DNA of 64,000 nucleotides, taken from NCBI RefSeq assembly GCF_009914755.1, contig NC_060928.1; one strand, written 5' to 3'. Position numbers and translations under genes: made by a program. Shown here piece after piece: positions 40,652 through 56,308 of this stretch (the stretch's first letter is position 1; the number at the start of each line of letters is the position of its first letter). Source of the stretch: the human T2T-CHM13v2.0 reference genome, Homo sapiens. Under the pieces are notes generated by a model, which was not told the DNA's origin, searched no databases, and saw only the letters and a list, made by a program, of their open reading frames with translations.

Positions 40652-43600
40652 TTTTCTTTGTTAAAATACAGAAATTTTCTGCTAAAATTTAAATTTAAAT
40701 GAAATTAATTTTAAATTTAATGGTCTCTGTTTTACAGGCCATTAATACTACCAGAACCAACATAATGTATTTGCTCTGCTCATTCAATCTCTGCTACAAT
40801 GAATCCATGTAAGTGTACTCATTCACACACACACACACAAACACACACACGAAATTTCAAGGTTTACCATGACAGCAAAGAAAGAACAGATAAGCAGATT
40901 TCTTCAGGCCATGGTTCTGGAAAGAAGGCACCAGCACTTAACAAAACCACTCACCATCTGTGCCACCAACAGCTGACTACTAGGTGACACCCCACTGCAG
41001 ACACAGAAGAGGGCAATGAGCCTGGAAGTGGGCGGGGGTTAGCAGGGCTCAGCTGCGCTCCCCCAGCCTACCAAGGTCTCTCAGGGCACAAGTCACATGC
41101 CGAGCCCCACGCTGCTGCCCACTGGGCTAAAGGTAACTAGCAGACAAAATCCACACTTGACTTCTCAGGAGAGCAGAGGGTGGAGGATAGGCCAATGGGC
41201 AGCCAGCAGCAAAGTCACCCCACTGCTCCACCCATGGGCAGGGACAGGCATCAGTGAGTGTTGCTGCCAGGACCGGTTCTGAAAACAGACACTGTTTTCT
41301 TTCTGCTCAGCTTCCCAATAAGAGACAACGGGCATATATTTTTTAAACCACTGAAATGAAGGATAGGATGCCGGGTGGTATGTCTAACCAAGGTAAGGCA
41401 TACCAAGAAAGAAACAGATTGCCCAGAGCATGCTGACAGCAGATTTATTCTAGACGAATACATAGGAATTGAGCTACTCCCGTCACTGCATATCTGAGCA
41501 CCTAGTGTGAGCCAGGCTTTGGCCAGGCGCTGGGAAGACAGTGTTGATGACCTGGTCTAGGCTTTCAGTGGGCTAACCTTCTAGCAGGGAAGATAAAAAT
41601 CAAACAAGCAAGGTCTGCAAGGCACGGGGGAAGGCCTTTCTGAGGAAGGGATGTACACCAGGCGGGATAAGCAGACAAATCAAGTCCATGTCCTATTGAC
41701 ACTGAGTGTTCAGATTTCAGAAACAGTATTGCAACTCCACAACCTCAAAGCAGCCTTGGGAATATAATGTGCAAACTTGCCTTGCCCTCAAATCCTTCCA
41801 CCTCTAGTTGTCTTCATCACCCTGCAGCACTCCAGGCCTGAATAGGAAGTACTCACCCCGACACACACTGCCATGCCTTTCTCTCTTCTCTCCCCAAAGC
41901 TCCTAGAGTAACTCCCATAAAACCTAGATTGTGTGAATTTGCAGGTGCTGTTCAACAGGATCACATCCCTGAGTGAGAATCTTAAATAATTCCTCTGTAA
42001 ACAAATACAGTCAGACACAGGGGATTAATTTGTCTATTTTAAGCATCAGCAGTAGCCATGCTATAGACTGCTTTACACCAAGAAAGTTTATTAAATCTAA
42101 GAAAGAACACTTTAAAAAAAAAACTTCAGAAAATTATATATTTAGTAGCATGTGTACAAGAACATTTCATTAGATACTAATCTATAATACTAAGGGTTTG
42201 AATCCAGCCAAATTCCTATATTTAGTGGGTGATAATGACAAACTATAGCAGTTTAATTCATGCCTCTTAAATGGCAGCCAGGTAACAAGCTGCAAGCCAA
42301 CTTCACTGAACAAACTGATTAATGCTATACATAGGAAAACTATAGTCTATGCATAAAGAACTAAGACAATAGCTCATTTAGATATGTGTGAAGAACAACT
42401 CTTAAACAGACACTGATAGCATTATAAATCTTTTCCCTTCTATTAACTGCTATTAAGGAAAAGGCACTTGGGGTATTTAAAAATGGAGGTACACCTACAT
42501 CCAAAGAAAATCAGGCACAAGAAATAGTCTTTCAACGCTGTATGTGAACATAAGCATTAGACTAAGGGGTCTCTAAGAAGGACTAAGACTCATACACTTG
42601 CTAACAAATGGTAAAACTCAGACAGATTGTATTCTTATTCCAGTAGTGTTCTGGTTTGAATATTTCTTTATTCTTTCAAAATCAAATTTCCATATAAACA
42701 TCTAAGGAAATTTATAGCCTGGGCATGTAAATCATGCCGCTGTTTGCCAAAAATATAATTCAATTGGCTTAAAGGCTTAAGGAGCCAGTATTTCCCAGCT
42801 GGGAACACATAAGGCTACTGACAGCCAGCTTCTCCTTCCTCTACAGCCACTCCTGTGCACCCTCCTCCCCACTCTTACAGAAAGTGGGTTTGCTCAGCTG
42901 GGTTTTCTGTAAACCTGGAGTCTAAAACCACAGAAGGATGGGGAAGGTAACAATGGCCAAGGAAATCTGGGCACAAGCCCAGTGTAAAGATCCAGCACAG
43001 GAGATTCCTTTAAATAGACCTGGGCAGAGACAGGCATAGCGAGGCAGGGTGATGGAAACTGAACTGCACGGACTGTCAGAAACCAAAATCCTGGTACCCG
43101 TCTACCCAAACTCTGGATAGAACTAAAAATGCAATTAGCATTTACTTAGTGTTTTGGAAAGGCTTTCATATCCAGTGTCTTATCTGAACATCACAAAAGC
43201 AAACTGATGAGGAAGAAACCAAGGCCAGAGACTTATAAGCCTTCCCCAGGATGTTAGTCAAGAACGGGACACCAACCAATGTGACTCTAAATCCAACCTA
43301 TGCTAATAATTCTTAACTATGCTAAGCCACTGACCCTCTCCCCTGAGAACACACATAACTATCACAAGTCTCCTTTAGCCCAACCCAGGTTAGGAACCAT
43401 GAGGTCAGGTTTCTAAAGTCCTTCCAGTACTCACACTCCCAGGTATTATGACAGCTCCCTCCTGAGGTCCACCTAAATGCTCAATGTCTTACAAAAACGT
43501 TAGCATTTATTGTATCACCCTGGCCTCTGAACACGTGGTGAGTTCAAGGCCCACTATACACAAAGGTTCACCTCTTCACCATTTTATTTGTACCATGAAA

Positions 43601-44938
43601 ATAGTGGCTCAGGGCCAGAGGTGACTCACAAGGACATCATTCTCTTGAAGATACACATACACAAACATACACACACACACACACACACTGCCCCTGCAAC
43701 TCTGCAAACTTTTACTTACATTAACATTGTATTCTCTTCATGTCATTTAGAAACCAAAAACCGGGTGGTCTGGATGTTTCTCTCCTTCTAAAGTTCCTCA
43801 AGCTTTCATCAAGATGAATAATGGCAGTTTGATGGAATACTTCACTAGGAATGCAGCCCTCAAACAAACCCACATAAATGACACCCTTGCCCCTGCAGTG
43901 GCAAATTAAGAAAGCCTGACATCTTTCCTTAACGCAGCAACCCAAGCTGGCAAGATGCTGCCATTCCGTGCCCCGCCTCCTCCCCTTGTACAATAGGCTA
44001 TTTACAGAGGCTGAAAGCGCCCCCTTTGTCATTCACTAGCTGGGCAGAGCTCAGGCTTCAGGGAGGAACAAGAGAGCAGCAGCCAGGCCATTTGCTGCTC
44101 TTTCAAAGCACCACTCCAAACCTGTTGGATTCGTGCTCCTTAACCCTGGCTTGGCAAATTCCCTAAAGTTAGATTTGCTTAAGCCATTCCCTTTTGAACC
44201 AAAAGAGCAGTCAGGCTCTCCCTAGAGAGAGGGAGGTACGGCAGCTCAAAAGAGATGCCAGTCTCCCAGCTGGAGAGGAAAGCAGAGGTTGCTGTCCAAA
44301 CCCTATCCCACTGATCTCCCTGACTGTGGTCACTGCTCTGGGCCCATCTCCTCACTCTGAGCATCAGGAGAAAGATTTGGGGTAACTTTGGGATCCCATA
44401 ACAAACATGCAAGTGGTTCCACAGGGAGTCAGTTATTCCCACCCACTGCCTTGTGGCTTTTTCTTCCCAATTAAGTATAATAAATCTTAAACCCACTTAA
44501 TTTTCATTAAAGTGATCTTATAGATCACCAATTGAATTTCCTAAGGATGTAAAAAGAAGAAACAAAGCAGATGCCCTGATTTTATTAATCTGACTTATTG
44601 AAATATTCAAGTCCAGCTGAATACTTCTACACTTAAACCACTCCCTGCCCATCCCCTTATAAAGTTATCAGAGAAAGAGTGAGACACAAAGCTTTGAACT
44701 GTTAACCAGTAAAATGAGGACCATACCTCAACCATTCACATTGGTCACAAATATCATATATGCCCCCCAAAATAAAGAGATCTCAAACACAATATGTCGA
44801 ATTTGAACAGATAAATTTTTAGGATGCAGGGTCAAATATCTTATAGCAGTTTCTGTATTCATTAAACTACATCTCCAGTTAAATCACATGAAGAACTAAA
44901 TTACTTTAGAAATACTGTTTTAAATTCACATTTCATTA

Positions 44939-45367
<429 letters not shown>

Positions 45368-46497
45368 TCACATTTTCCTCTTCCACTGAAGTTGTTGAAA
45401 TTGAAGCAGTTTTTGAAGTCATGTATGTGCTACTAGTGAAAAAATTCTCCCAAGTCACAAGAACACATTTGAATGATATTAGAACAGGAGAAATTTTGTC
45501 CTATGGGTCCACATTTATCTAACTAAACCTCATACTCTATTTATAGCTTTTTAAACTGATTTTTAAATGCACTTTTTACAGTAACAACCAACATTTGCCT
45601 TTGTAAGCTGAAACCCTAAGAAATAATTACCCAGCTAGCATTACATTTGCTGTAGAAAAAGTCTAATTCAGCTAGTTGACCTGTACAAGGACCCATGACT
45701 AGGACTGGTAGAGACGGTTTCAGGACAAGGTGCCCTCTCTCCCCGAGGCTGTTCCAAATACAGGGGCTGAGAGCACCTCATACTATGACAGCCTTGGTAA
45801 GACTTAACTAGGAAGGCTGAAGGAGAATTTTGGGACACTTTCATCTTATATTGGGACAGGAATCTTATATTGGGCTTGGAATTAAAAGACATAACATAAA
45901 TGTATACACAAAATAGTGGATAACAGAGTAGCAGTAAGTGCAAAATGAATTCTGACAGGGAGCATTTGCTCTTAGGGAGGGTTGCATGGAGAAGGCACAG
46001 CTGAGCTGGTCCTTGACAAATGAGAATCATCTGGGAAAATGAGCTATCCTTCATGCCCCAGGGACAGAGACAAGGCTACTAGAAGTGCCTCCTGACCTCA
46101 GGGCTCGCACTTTCGCACATTAATCTGGAACAAACGATAGGGCTCAAGCGGATAGGATAGGATAGGATAGGAAAGGGGAAGGAAGATGTTTGGGGAAATG
46201 GGCTTAGTTATGAGTTTGTTAGGAGCCACTGTGCTTAAGCACTTGCCGTGTGTCAGGTGCTGTGCTACGGGACTGCGCACAGGGCTAAATGCGTCCTCGT
46301 CACAGTCCTTACTGCACGGGGTTGTTACTGCCTTCAGCTCAAAGATCAGGAAACTGTACAGGAGTCAAATGTCCTGCCCTAGTTCCACATGAGAACAGGA
46401 TGAGTGCCTGGGTCTGAAGCCAAAGCCCACAGACCTCAAGAGCTGAGCACATCAGCCCAGTCGTGCGTGGGTGTTCAAGTCTAAACAGAGGGCATAG

Positions 46498-46838
<341 letters not shown>

Positions 46839-46879
46839 TGCACAATGCTTTAAGAGCCCAGGATTCAAACCCAGATTTC

Positions 46880-47275
46880 CAACAACAGATGAACGGATCA
46901 AAATGTAGTCTATACAATGGAACATTATCCAACCTTTAAAAAGAAGGAAATTTGGATACATGCCATGACATGGATGAAGCAAAGGACAAATACTACATGA
47001 TCTCACTTCTAGGAGGTACCTAGAATCAGCAAATTCACAGAGACAGAAAGCAGCAGAGAGGTTACTGGGGGCTGGGCAGGGGGAGGAGGAATGAGCGTTA
47101 TTGCTGAACGGGCACAGAGTTTCAATTCGGGATGACGAAACATTCTGGAACTAGATGGTGGTAATGGTTATACAACCCTATGAATGTACTTCAAACCACT
47201 GTGTAACTGTATACTTAAAAATGATTAGCATGACAAATTTTATGTTATATATATTTTACCACAATAAAAAAAGTT
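46880..47275 (+). mobile_element. L1MB-like 3' fragment
   Basis: ggacaaatactacatgatctcactt...cacagagacagaaag...ggtggtaatggttatacaac...ttttaccacaataaaaa. Confidence 0.7.
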
Positions 47276-49436
47276 TAATTATTTTTAAAAATTGCTTAAG
47301 TGGATACAAATGGACAAAAGAGAAGTAATTTTGAGCCTGAGAATGAATGGCAAAACACTGAAGAGACACTGGGAGGAGGAGACAGGAGGGTGATTTGTGA
47401 GCAACCGGCCCAACCTTCCAGGGTCCTCAGGGCCCTCCTTCATGTGGGAGGAGGCGGCGGTTCCACAACTACCCAGAAATCTTACACAATCCCCTCTATG
47501 AGAAGCAATCAGTCCTTCCTCTGAACTCCAGGACTTCTTTATTTGTAACCCCTGTGTGGTACTTAGCACCTCCTGTCTTACACTTACAGCGAATGGTACT
47601 TAGTACCTATGTAGATGCTTCTTCCTCTCCCCGGCCAGGGTCTCCTCCCATCTGTCTTTATATGCCCTTGGTTCTTAACACAGTCCCGAGCCAAGGACAG
47701 GTGCTTAACAAACATCTACTGAGTCATGAATGACCCTCTGTGATTCTGACCGTGTCAGACCCTCTGTGATTCTGACTGTGTCTCTGCAGCAAGTCCCTTG
47801 AGGATATATTCATAGAACAGTGATTCTCCAAAAAGAAAGGGGGTATTAAGCATTTTCCAACTTCAGTAGTCTCCTTCTACCCGCCACCAGACTCCTACAC
47901 CGCACACCAGAAAGGAGTAGAGAACATCTCCTGGCTGACTGGGGGAAAAAGAAAAGGGTGCGAGCCACTGATGTAAAGGGGACATAAAAATATTCTCTTG
48001 CTCTTATTTTGATCATGTTTTATATTTCTCAAATTGTTTCACTTATGTAGAATGTCAGCCCAAGACTGCCATCAACTCTAAGGGCTACTGTCTTTAGAAG
48101 ACGCTGAGATACAGTGAGATTTGGACAGACGACTGATGATTCATTTAAAACAAATCAAGGCTGCCCCGGGGGAAGGGAAGAGATCAAATAAGTACTTTTC
48201 TTAAGTAAAACAGCAAATATCAGAAAGGCTTGAGCCCAGAGCCCCATACCAGGGCTGGACTCCAACTTCTGTGAGTTTTCTATGACAGAAAAGAGAATCT
48301 TCCAAACCAGGGAAACAGACAAGACTCAAGCACAAGATCCAGAGTCCCACGCGAGGGCTCTAGTGAGGAGAATGCTCCCAGAAACACAGAGCTAGTGGGC
48401 GGCCACCTGAGATGTACGGAATGCTGACAACAGGATATGCCCAACATTCTCCAGAGCAAACAAAACAAAACAAAACAAAACATATAGCTCTCCTCCCTTC
48501 TCTCTTCACACACAGCTGCAAAGATCTGTCATGTACATCCACTTGAGAAAATGATGATTATAGTTAGGACATGCCCCATGACGATATCCAGGTCATGTAC
48601 AGCCTTTGCGTGGGACAGCAGGGCTAAATTTTGGCGGTACATATTTAAGAGGGCAAGTTTCCATTCAAAAAATTTCCTATGAGAAGAAAGATGATTCCAC
48701 TTGTCTTCCAATACTGATTGAATAAGGCTAAGCAACTGTTGTAGATATGTCACAATGAGGCAGATAAGTTTACTGATAAGAGCTAGAGAAGGCAGCCAAC
48801 TTGGGCAGATAGCCTCCGTCAACAGCTTTGTGGCAGCGGATGGAGACAAAAAGATCCGCTTTTTAGGCTGACGCAATCCTTCTGCAAAGAGCAAGACAGA
48901 AAAGGCTTGTGTAGACTAAACTTCTCACTCATGAACTGGATCAATACGGCATGTTATTTCAGCTGATGTTCAGCACAGGAAGAGTCGGAATTGTGTCTCT
49001 ATGACCGCAAGTTGAAGAACATGACAGCATGTTCTAAGGGTATTAGGCAAGACAAGCACGGCCTGTTATTACGAAAGCTAAAGAAGGAAATAAAAGGCTT
49101 TTTGCCACTGAAATAATCCAGAAGACTCTTCACCTTACTGGACTCAGCTAACCACAAAGTAAGCCCTGAAGCAAGAGACCACACCAGGAGAAGAGAGCAC
49201 AACTGAACAGCAGAGAGGATCAAATGTCCTTTCACAGTAGCCAGAGCTGGCCCCAAGCTATGCAGGCACTTTCCTCCTCCGAGGGCCATGGATGGAGAGG
49301 AAGCTCCACTTGTTTGAGAAACTGCACGCAGAGAAGGTACCTAGATCCTGGGGTCCTCTCAGGTGCTCTGCCCAAAGTCAGGATCTTCCCATCTTCCCGT
49401 GGTGACTATGGAAATAAACAGAATATGAACATGTAA

Positions 49437-49807
<371 letters not shown>

Positions 49808-51266
49808 CTATGTAAGAGAAGGGAAAAGATGGCCACACAATCCTGGCGTCCAGGACTAAACAATCAAGTTTCCACCTAATACCCAAAACCCCCAGGGAAC
49901 AGTGATATATGAAGAAAAGAGTCAATGTTAAAACCTTCAATTCTATGTGGCGAGTCTATGGGTGTTTTTACTACTATGTTGTTGTTCTTTGTATGTTGCT
50001 GTATTTTTCCCAATTTTTTACTATGGAAAAATTAATATAAAACTTGCCATCCTAACTATTAGCTGTATTTTTAAAAGTTTCTCCAGATAAAGAAGCTATA
50101 AGTGAGTCAGGTCAGTTAATGTCCTCCTGTATTTATGTATTTCCCACCTGCTCCACGAAGGATTTAGGTAGTGACCTGTCCTCAGAACAGAATGACAGAT
50201 AGGATATAAACCCCTCCTGGAAAATATGTAGCTATGCTTTGCCCCGTCTGCCCACGCTGGACCCGGCTCAGCCACTGACCTGCTATGTGAGCCACTTCCA
50301 CTTTCGTGCCTCTTTGAAAAAGGAGTCACACCACAAAAAAAGAAGCAACACTCTGAACATTCCAGGGGGATAACCAACTCTCCTTAGTTCCTGACAATCA
50401 GAAAGCCTGAGGATAAAATACTTACAAGGTTTTCTTTGCCTTCAGCAAGTTTAGGATATCAATGAAGACAAACACACCTGCAAGAGTTAACAGAGCTACA
50501 GAAGACAGATCTGATAACCACGGCAGGTAGGGCCCTGGTGCTCCAGGAATCTAGGGGAGGGAGAAAACAGTACGCATGCACCAGGCATCCGAGGGAGGGC
50601 TGTCCAGAGAGCTGAGGGTGGAACCAGGCCAAGTCTGAACAGGCAGAGACAGGAGTGGGTGGAGAAACACCAGCAACAGCCAGACAGTGCTGTGAGCAAA
50701 GAGGCAGGGAGGAGGCCCTGAAGGAGCGGCAGGTGGGCTGGGGACTCGCAGCCGCATTGTAAGGCAACCGTCAGGAGCCTCTGCCTCTCTCTCTCCCATG
50801 ACAGCATTCTTGTCAATGTCTTGGCTGAGTAAGAAACAGCTGGCTAAAGGAGGCTCGCCCTCACCCAGTGGGTGTTTAGTTCACAGAGCCCTCCTGTCCC
50901 CTCCAGGACCCAGGCCTGGGGGGGGAAACTGGGAAGAGTAAGACCCAGTCCTTGTCTTCAAGGAGTCCACAGCACCCCACAGCTCGCAGAGGTCACAGCT
51001 ATCACATATCAGTGACCTGGATAAGAAGGTTAAAAAGGGCAAAGGTTGGGTAGAGTTACTCACACCTCTTAAAATAGACCAAGGTTTCAGAGACTGATAA
51101 CCACAGAAATGGCTTAGCAGGACACGGGTGAGAAGACAGGACACAAAGACCTCTCTGCCCAGGGAGAAGAAGATCAGCCTCTCACGAGTTTGGAGAAATC
51201 CACTTCTGAGTTGAGTTTTTACAGATTTCAACAGGTACCTGCTGTTACTTTAAAAAGCAGAGATGA

Positions 51267-51560
51267 GGCCAGGTTTACAGGTTCATGCCTGTAAACCCAG
51301 CACTTTGGGAGGCAGAGGTGGGTGGATCATCTGAGGCCAGGAGTTCAAGCCCAGCCTGGCCAACATGGCGAAACTCCATCTCTACTAAAAATACAAAAAT
51401 TAGCCAGGCGTGATGGCACACACCTGTAGTCCCGGCTACTCGGAGGCTGAGGCAGGAGAGTCGATTGAACCTGTGGGGGGCGCAGCGGCAGTGAGCCAAG
51501 ATGGCACCACTGCGCTCCAGCCTGGACAACAGAGACGCCATCCAAAAGAAAAAAAAAAAA
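51267..51560 (+). mobile_element. Alu (S-like)
   Basis: TSD aaaaagcaga(g/c)atga. Confidence 0.93.
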
Positions 51561-54495
51561 GCAGACATGAATGGAATCTAGAAGATAATCACAGGCTATG
51601 AGGTTCCCCAGGACTGGACGCAGCCTGCAAAAAACATGGGACCCTGTTCTGGCCTCTGAATTGTGCCTGTCATGTGGAAGACCTCAGTGGTGTTGGAGGA
51701 AGCAACAAGTGAAATAGGGAAAAGGTTAACCAGGATTTAGCTCATCGTATTGGGAAGGAGAAGAGAGGTACTGGTGACAACCACGAGACATGAGCTAAAA
51801 TTACACAAAGAGCTCAGGTAACTATAAAAAGAGGTGACTGGCTCTGGGGAAGCCAAAATCAAAACAAACCTAACAAGTTGCAGAAGATTATAGAATAATG
51901 ACCAGTGTTTAAAAGACAGAAAGAAAAAGAGACTATGCAGTTCGGCCATTACCTGCTCGGAATGGGTGATACTAGTTTGGGGTCTCTATATTCCCTTTAT
52001 GTTTCACTTAAAATTTATTATGAAAATTCAAATCTATTCAAAAGTAGACACAGAAGTATAATAAAACTATATTTTATGTACCCGTGACTCCAACTTCAGC
52101 TTCAGTAATGATCAACGTTTTGCTGTTTCATTATACCCACTTCTTAAAAAATTACTTTAAGTTACATCCCAACACCCTGTCTCTCAGGTGACATTTCTGA
52201 GGCCTCCACGGCTCTATGGTTCTACCGCGTGGGGGTATCATGTGCAGGACAGTAAAACTGACTGGCATGTAGGCTGCATCTTGCCAACTGCCCAAAGGTT
52301 TAAACAAAAGGAGGCAACCTGAATATTGACTTGAAGCATCCAACTCAGCATAATACTTAATTATCATGCAAGAAAAACGCCCATATATTCAATTTGCAAA
52401 TATTGAGGATATGCAAGTCAGCTCCAGCCTCAGGGGATATGATAGTAAACAAAAGAGAAAAAAATAAAACCCTGATCCCAATGAGGCTTCCACACTGCTA
52501 AGTTTTGGGACCAGAGACAAAACATACTCTGGAGTTAACCTGACTCTCCTTAAGTCACAGGCCTATTTGACATGAATCACAACCTAGCCAGAGAGCAGTT
52601 TCTATTCCCCTTTAATTGACAAATTCTTTCCTTTTTAAAAAATGGCATTCAGAGGTCTCTCATGATACTGGTGCTAGAGAAGGAGTTAACTTTCTGGTTC
52701 TCTAGACTTCTGATGATGTACCCCAATAAATAAATGCACCCCTCACATTAAATGCTTTTATCTATAAACCATATACAAGTATTTTCTGACCATTAGAAAA
52801 CACACAAATATGAATTTAAAAGATGGCCAAAAAATAACTATCCATAGAAGTTCTAATGTTTCTATTCTATTCTACAATCTAATGGATGGTCTAGGCAGCC
52901 ACTATGGGGCATACACCCCACTCTGGAGACAGTCCTTCCATCTCCTGAGCAGCCCTGCAGCCTCTTTGGTGGCTTGCCTGCCTTGTGTCTCCATCTGTTC
53001 CCCACCATGGGCAACAATGCATGAAACTGCTAATGGAGGCACCCTGAAATGCGTGCCACACCTGGGAGGCAGAGGGACAGTGCCTGCAAAAGCCTGCAAA
53101 AAGGGACTGTCACATCAAAGAGGGAGGAAAAGACACTCAGCATCACCCAGTGATGAAGGGAAGCATGCCAGAGAGAGCAGGACGCTACTGGTGACCGTCG
53201 CCTGGCCTGCCTGAGAGGGTGAAGAGACTGAGCCGGCCTCTCTGCAGGACAGAGAGGCTTGAGGCCGAGACCCACGCCAGGCTCCAGGGCTGGCCTCCTC
53301 TGAAGGTCTGTCCTGGACACCCTGAAGCTTCAGCCCTGACCCCAAGGACAAGGATCTTCACCCTGCCTGAACTCTAGGGAGGTCTTGGCATCGGCAGAGT
53401 TTGCCTCTGACTCACATCAGGAGAGAAAAGCACAGACTGGCTGTCTTCAGAGTCTAACCTGGGAGTCTGGGCTGCTCAGCCACCCCCTCAAGAACTCAGT
53501 TCCGTCCACTGTGAGGTGCCTGGCTGGGCTGCTTGACAGATAAGGTCCCCCGCCAGCTCCCCATCCTGGGATGCCTCAGAAGCTTGCCTGAGGCGCAATG
53601 TAGGTAACTGTCCTACAGAAGGAACAATGAGCCATTTGACCATTTCACTAGTGGCACAGAAACAAGGGGCAATTTGAACACAAGAATACCAGGTAAAGGA
53701 AGACTACAGTAGAGTTATGTAACATTAGCTGGAGCTCAACACTAATCTCCTCCCCTCTCACACCCTGCAAAGACCACAGCCACCTGCTTCTCCAACACAA
53801 GTGAAACTACACGGAAAGAAACACCTCAGATGTACTCCGAAACACAAACTTCACTCAGTGAAAGCACAGGCTTAGGTCCACAGACTTTCGATGCCTTGAT
53901 CTTGGCTATAAGATCTACGTTTTGCACAGTATCAGAATAGACAAACCTGGAACATTACAATGTATATTCTTGTTAGGGACCACCTTCTATGGGACATCTG
54001 ACCATCGGAACCTGCCCTACCCTCAATCCATCATTAGATAATCTTACATGCTTACTAGCGGTAAGGCCCTGTATTAAACGCTGCTGAAAACACAGAGATG
54101 ACAATGACTAGGTCTCCCATGTGCCCAGAGCTTAGAGTGTGGCTGGGGTGCCAATCTGTGGAAGCCAGATATGCACTCATGAAAAGATGCACGTGGGACA
54201 GAGGCTGGGATGCTCATCAAAATATTTAATAGCCAGTACGGCCAGACACCAACCAGCCAGAAAAGACACAGGCCAGTGCACCAAAACAGGGCTCCAAAGT
54301 TCCTCTACTGCCCCATGTATTAACCCTTTAGTTTCCATATGAAGGGCGGGGGCACTTGGGTAGCAGCTATTCTCTAGCCAGGATGGGAGTATTTCGATAT
54401 TTTAACCACTAGCATGATCGCTGGTGCATCTACAGCTGAATGACAGTGAGTGTAGGTGAGGAAGGGGAGAGTCACTCCAGGAAAAGTGCCTCTGA

Positions 54496-54870
<375 letters not shown>

Positions 54871-55565
54871 TAGATGTACTCAACACAAACTTTATCCCAG
54901 CAAAAGCACAGACTTGAGTCTAGAGATTTTCAGTGTCTTGATCTTAGCTATAGGATCAAAGACACCATCGGACCAGGACACAGGAAGGTCAGTCAGGCAG
55001 ATGACAGCACCCAGGTACAGTGTCTTGGGTACACAGACCCATTAACCCCATGCCGCCAGAGTTTGCTTTCTAGAAGCCTCAGGATATGGTGGTTTGGAGA
55101 GGAGTGGAGATAGCAGGTAGGAAGCAAGCTGCAGAAGCCCCTGACAGGCAAGGTAAGTAAACACCTGGAGCCTTATGGAGGGGAGCCTGGAAGGCTTCTG
55201 CTTAGGAGGGATTTGATCAGAGCTGTGATTTAGAAAAAGCAACCATCCCCCTCTGCACCCTGCCCCTCTTCCTAACAAAGGCCTTCACTGTTTAAATTGG
55301 AGGTGACAATTCTGGTTCACGATGGCAATACTGAGAAGGCAAGGAGGAAATGCATGTGTGTTGGGTAATACTGCACAGAGAGGGTCAGAATAAGCAGAAC
55401 TGCTGACTGACTGGACTTCAGGGCAGAAACCAAGGGCAATACCGACGTCCAGCCATTCTTTGAACAGGCACAGGGCCCGGGAACAAACTCCACACGTGTG
55501 CATGGCCAGAGGGTCAGGCAGGTTGTGTTACCTTGGCCAAGTCACCCCCCTCCGATCCCTGCAGA

Positions 55566-55744
55566 CTCCCAAGTAGCTGGGACTACAGGTGCCCACCACC
55601 ATGCCTGGCTAATTTTTTGTATTTTTAGTAGAGACAGGGTTGCACCGTGTTAGCCAGGATGGTCTTGATCTCCTGACCTCATGATCCGCCCACCTCGGCC
55701 TCCCAAAGTGCTGGGATTACAGGCGTGAGCCACTGCACCCGGCC
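55566..55744 (-). mobile_element. 3'-truncated AluY-like element
   Basis: Left arm and part of right arm; no tail. Confidence 0.88.
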
Positions 55745-56036
55745 AGTCATGCGTCTCAATTGTTCTCCAGCCTTACAAGACCAATGTCCAGGGCAGGCAA
55801 AGCCTTTTATTTTTTAATTCTCTAGAAAGTCACAGCTACATAGCAAGTGATCTTATCACTCCCTGAGCCACGCTGAATCAAAATTTGTGGTCTCTTTCAG
55901 CACTCTAGTGGTATAAAGAGATAATTCAAGGCAGAGTGTAAATGAGATGGGGGTAAAATCAAGGAGCAGTGACACCGAAGGAGACCCAGCTCTGTCCTTC
56001 CTGTCTTACTGCCAGCTGTATAACCTGGAACTTTCT

Positions 56037-56308
56037 TTTTTTTTCTTTTGGAGACAGAGTCTCACTCTGTCACCCAGGCTGGAGTGCTGTGGCGCAATCT
56101 TGGCTCACTGCAGCCTCCGCCTCCTGGGTTCATGCGATTCTCCTGCCTCAACCTCCCGAGCAGCTGAGACTACAGGCACGTACCACCACGCCCAGTTAAT
56201 TTTTGTATTTTTAGTAGAGACGGGGTTTCACCATATTGGTCAGGGTGATCCACCCGCCTCGGCCTCCCAAAATGCTGGGATTACAGGCGTGAGCCACCGC
56301 ACCTGGCC
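56037..56308 (-). mobile_element. Alu (S-like) with short internal deletion
   Basis: TSD taacctggaactttct; ggtcagg|gtgatcc junction lacks the usual ctggtctcgaactcctgacctcag. Confidence 0.93.
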
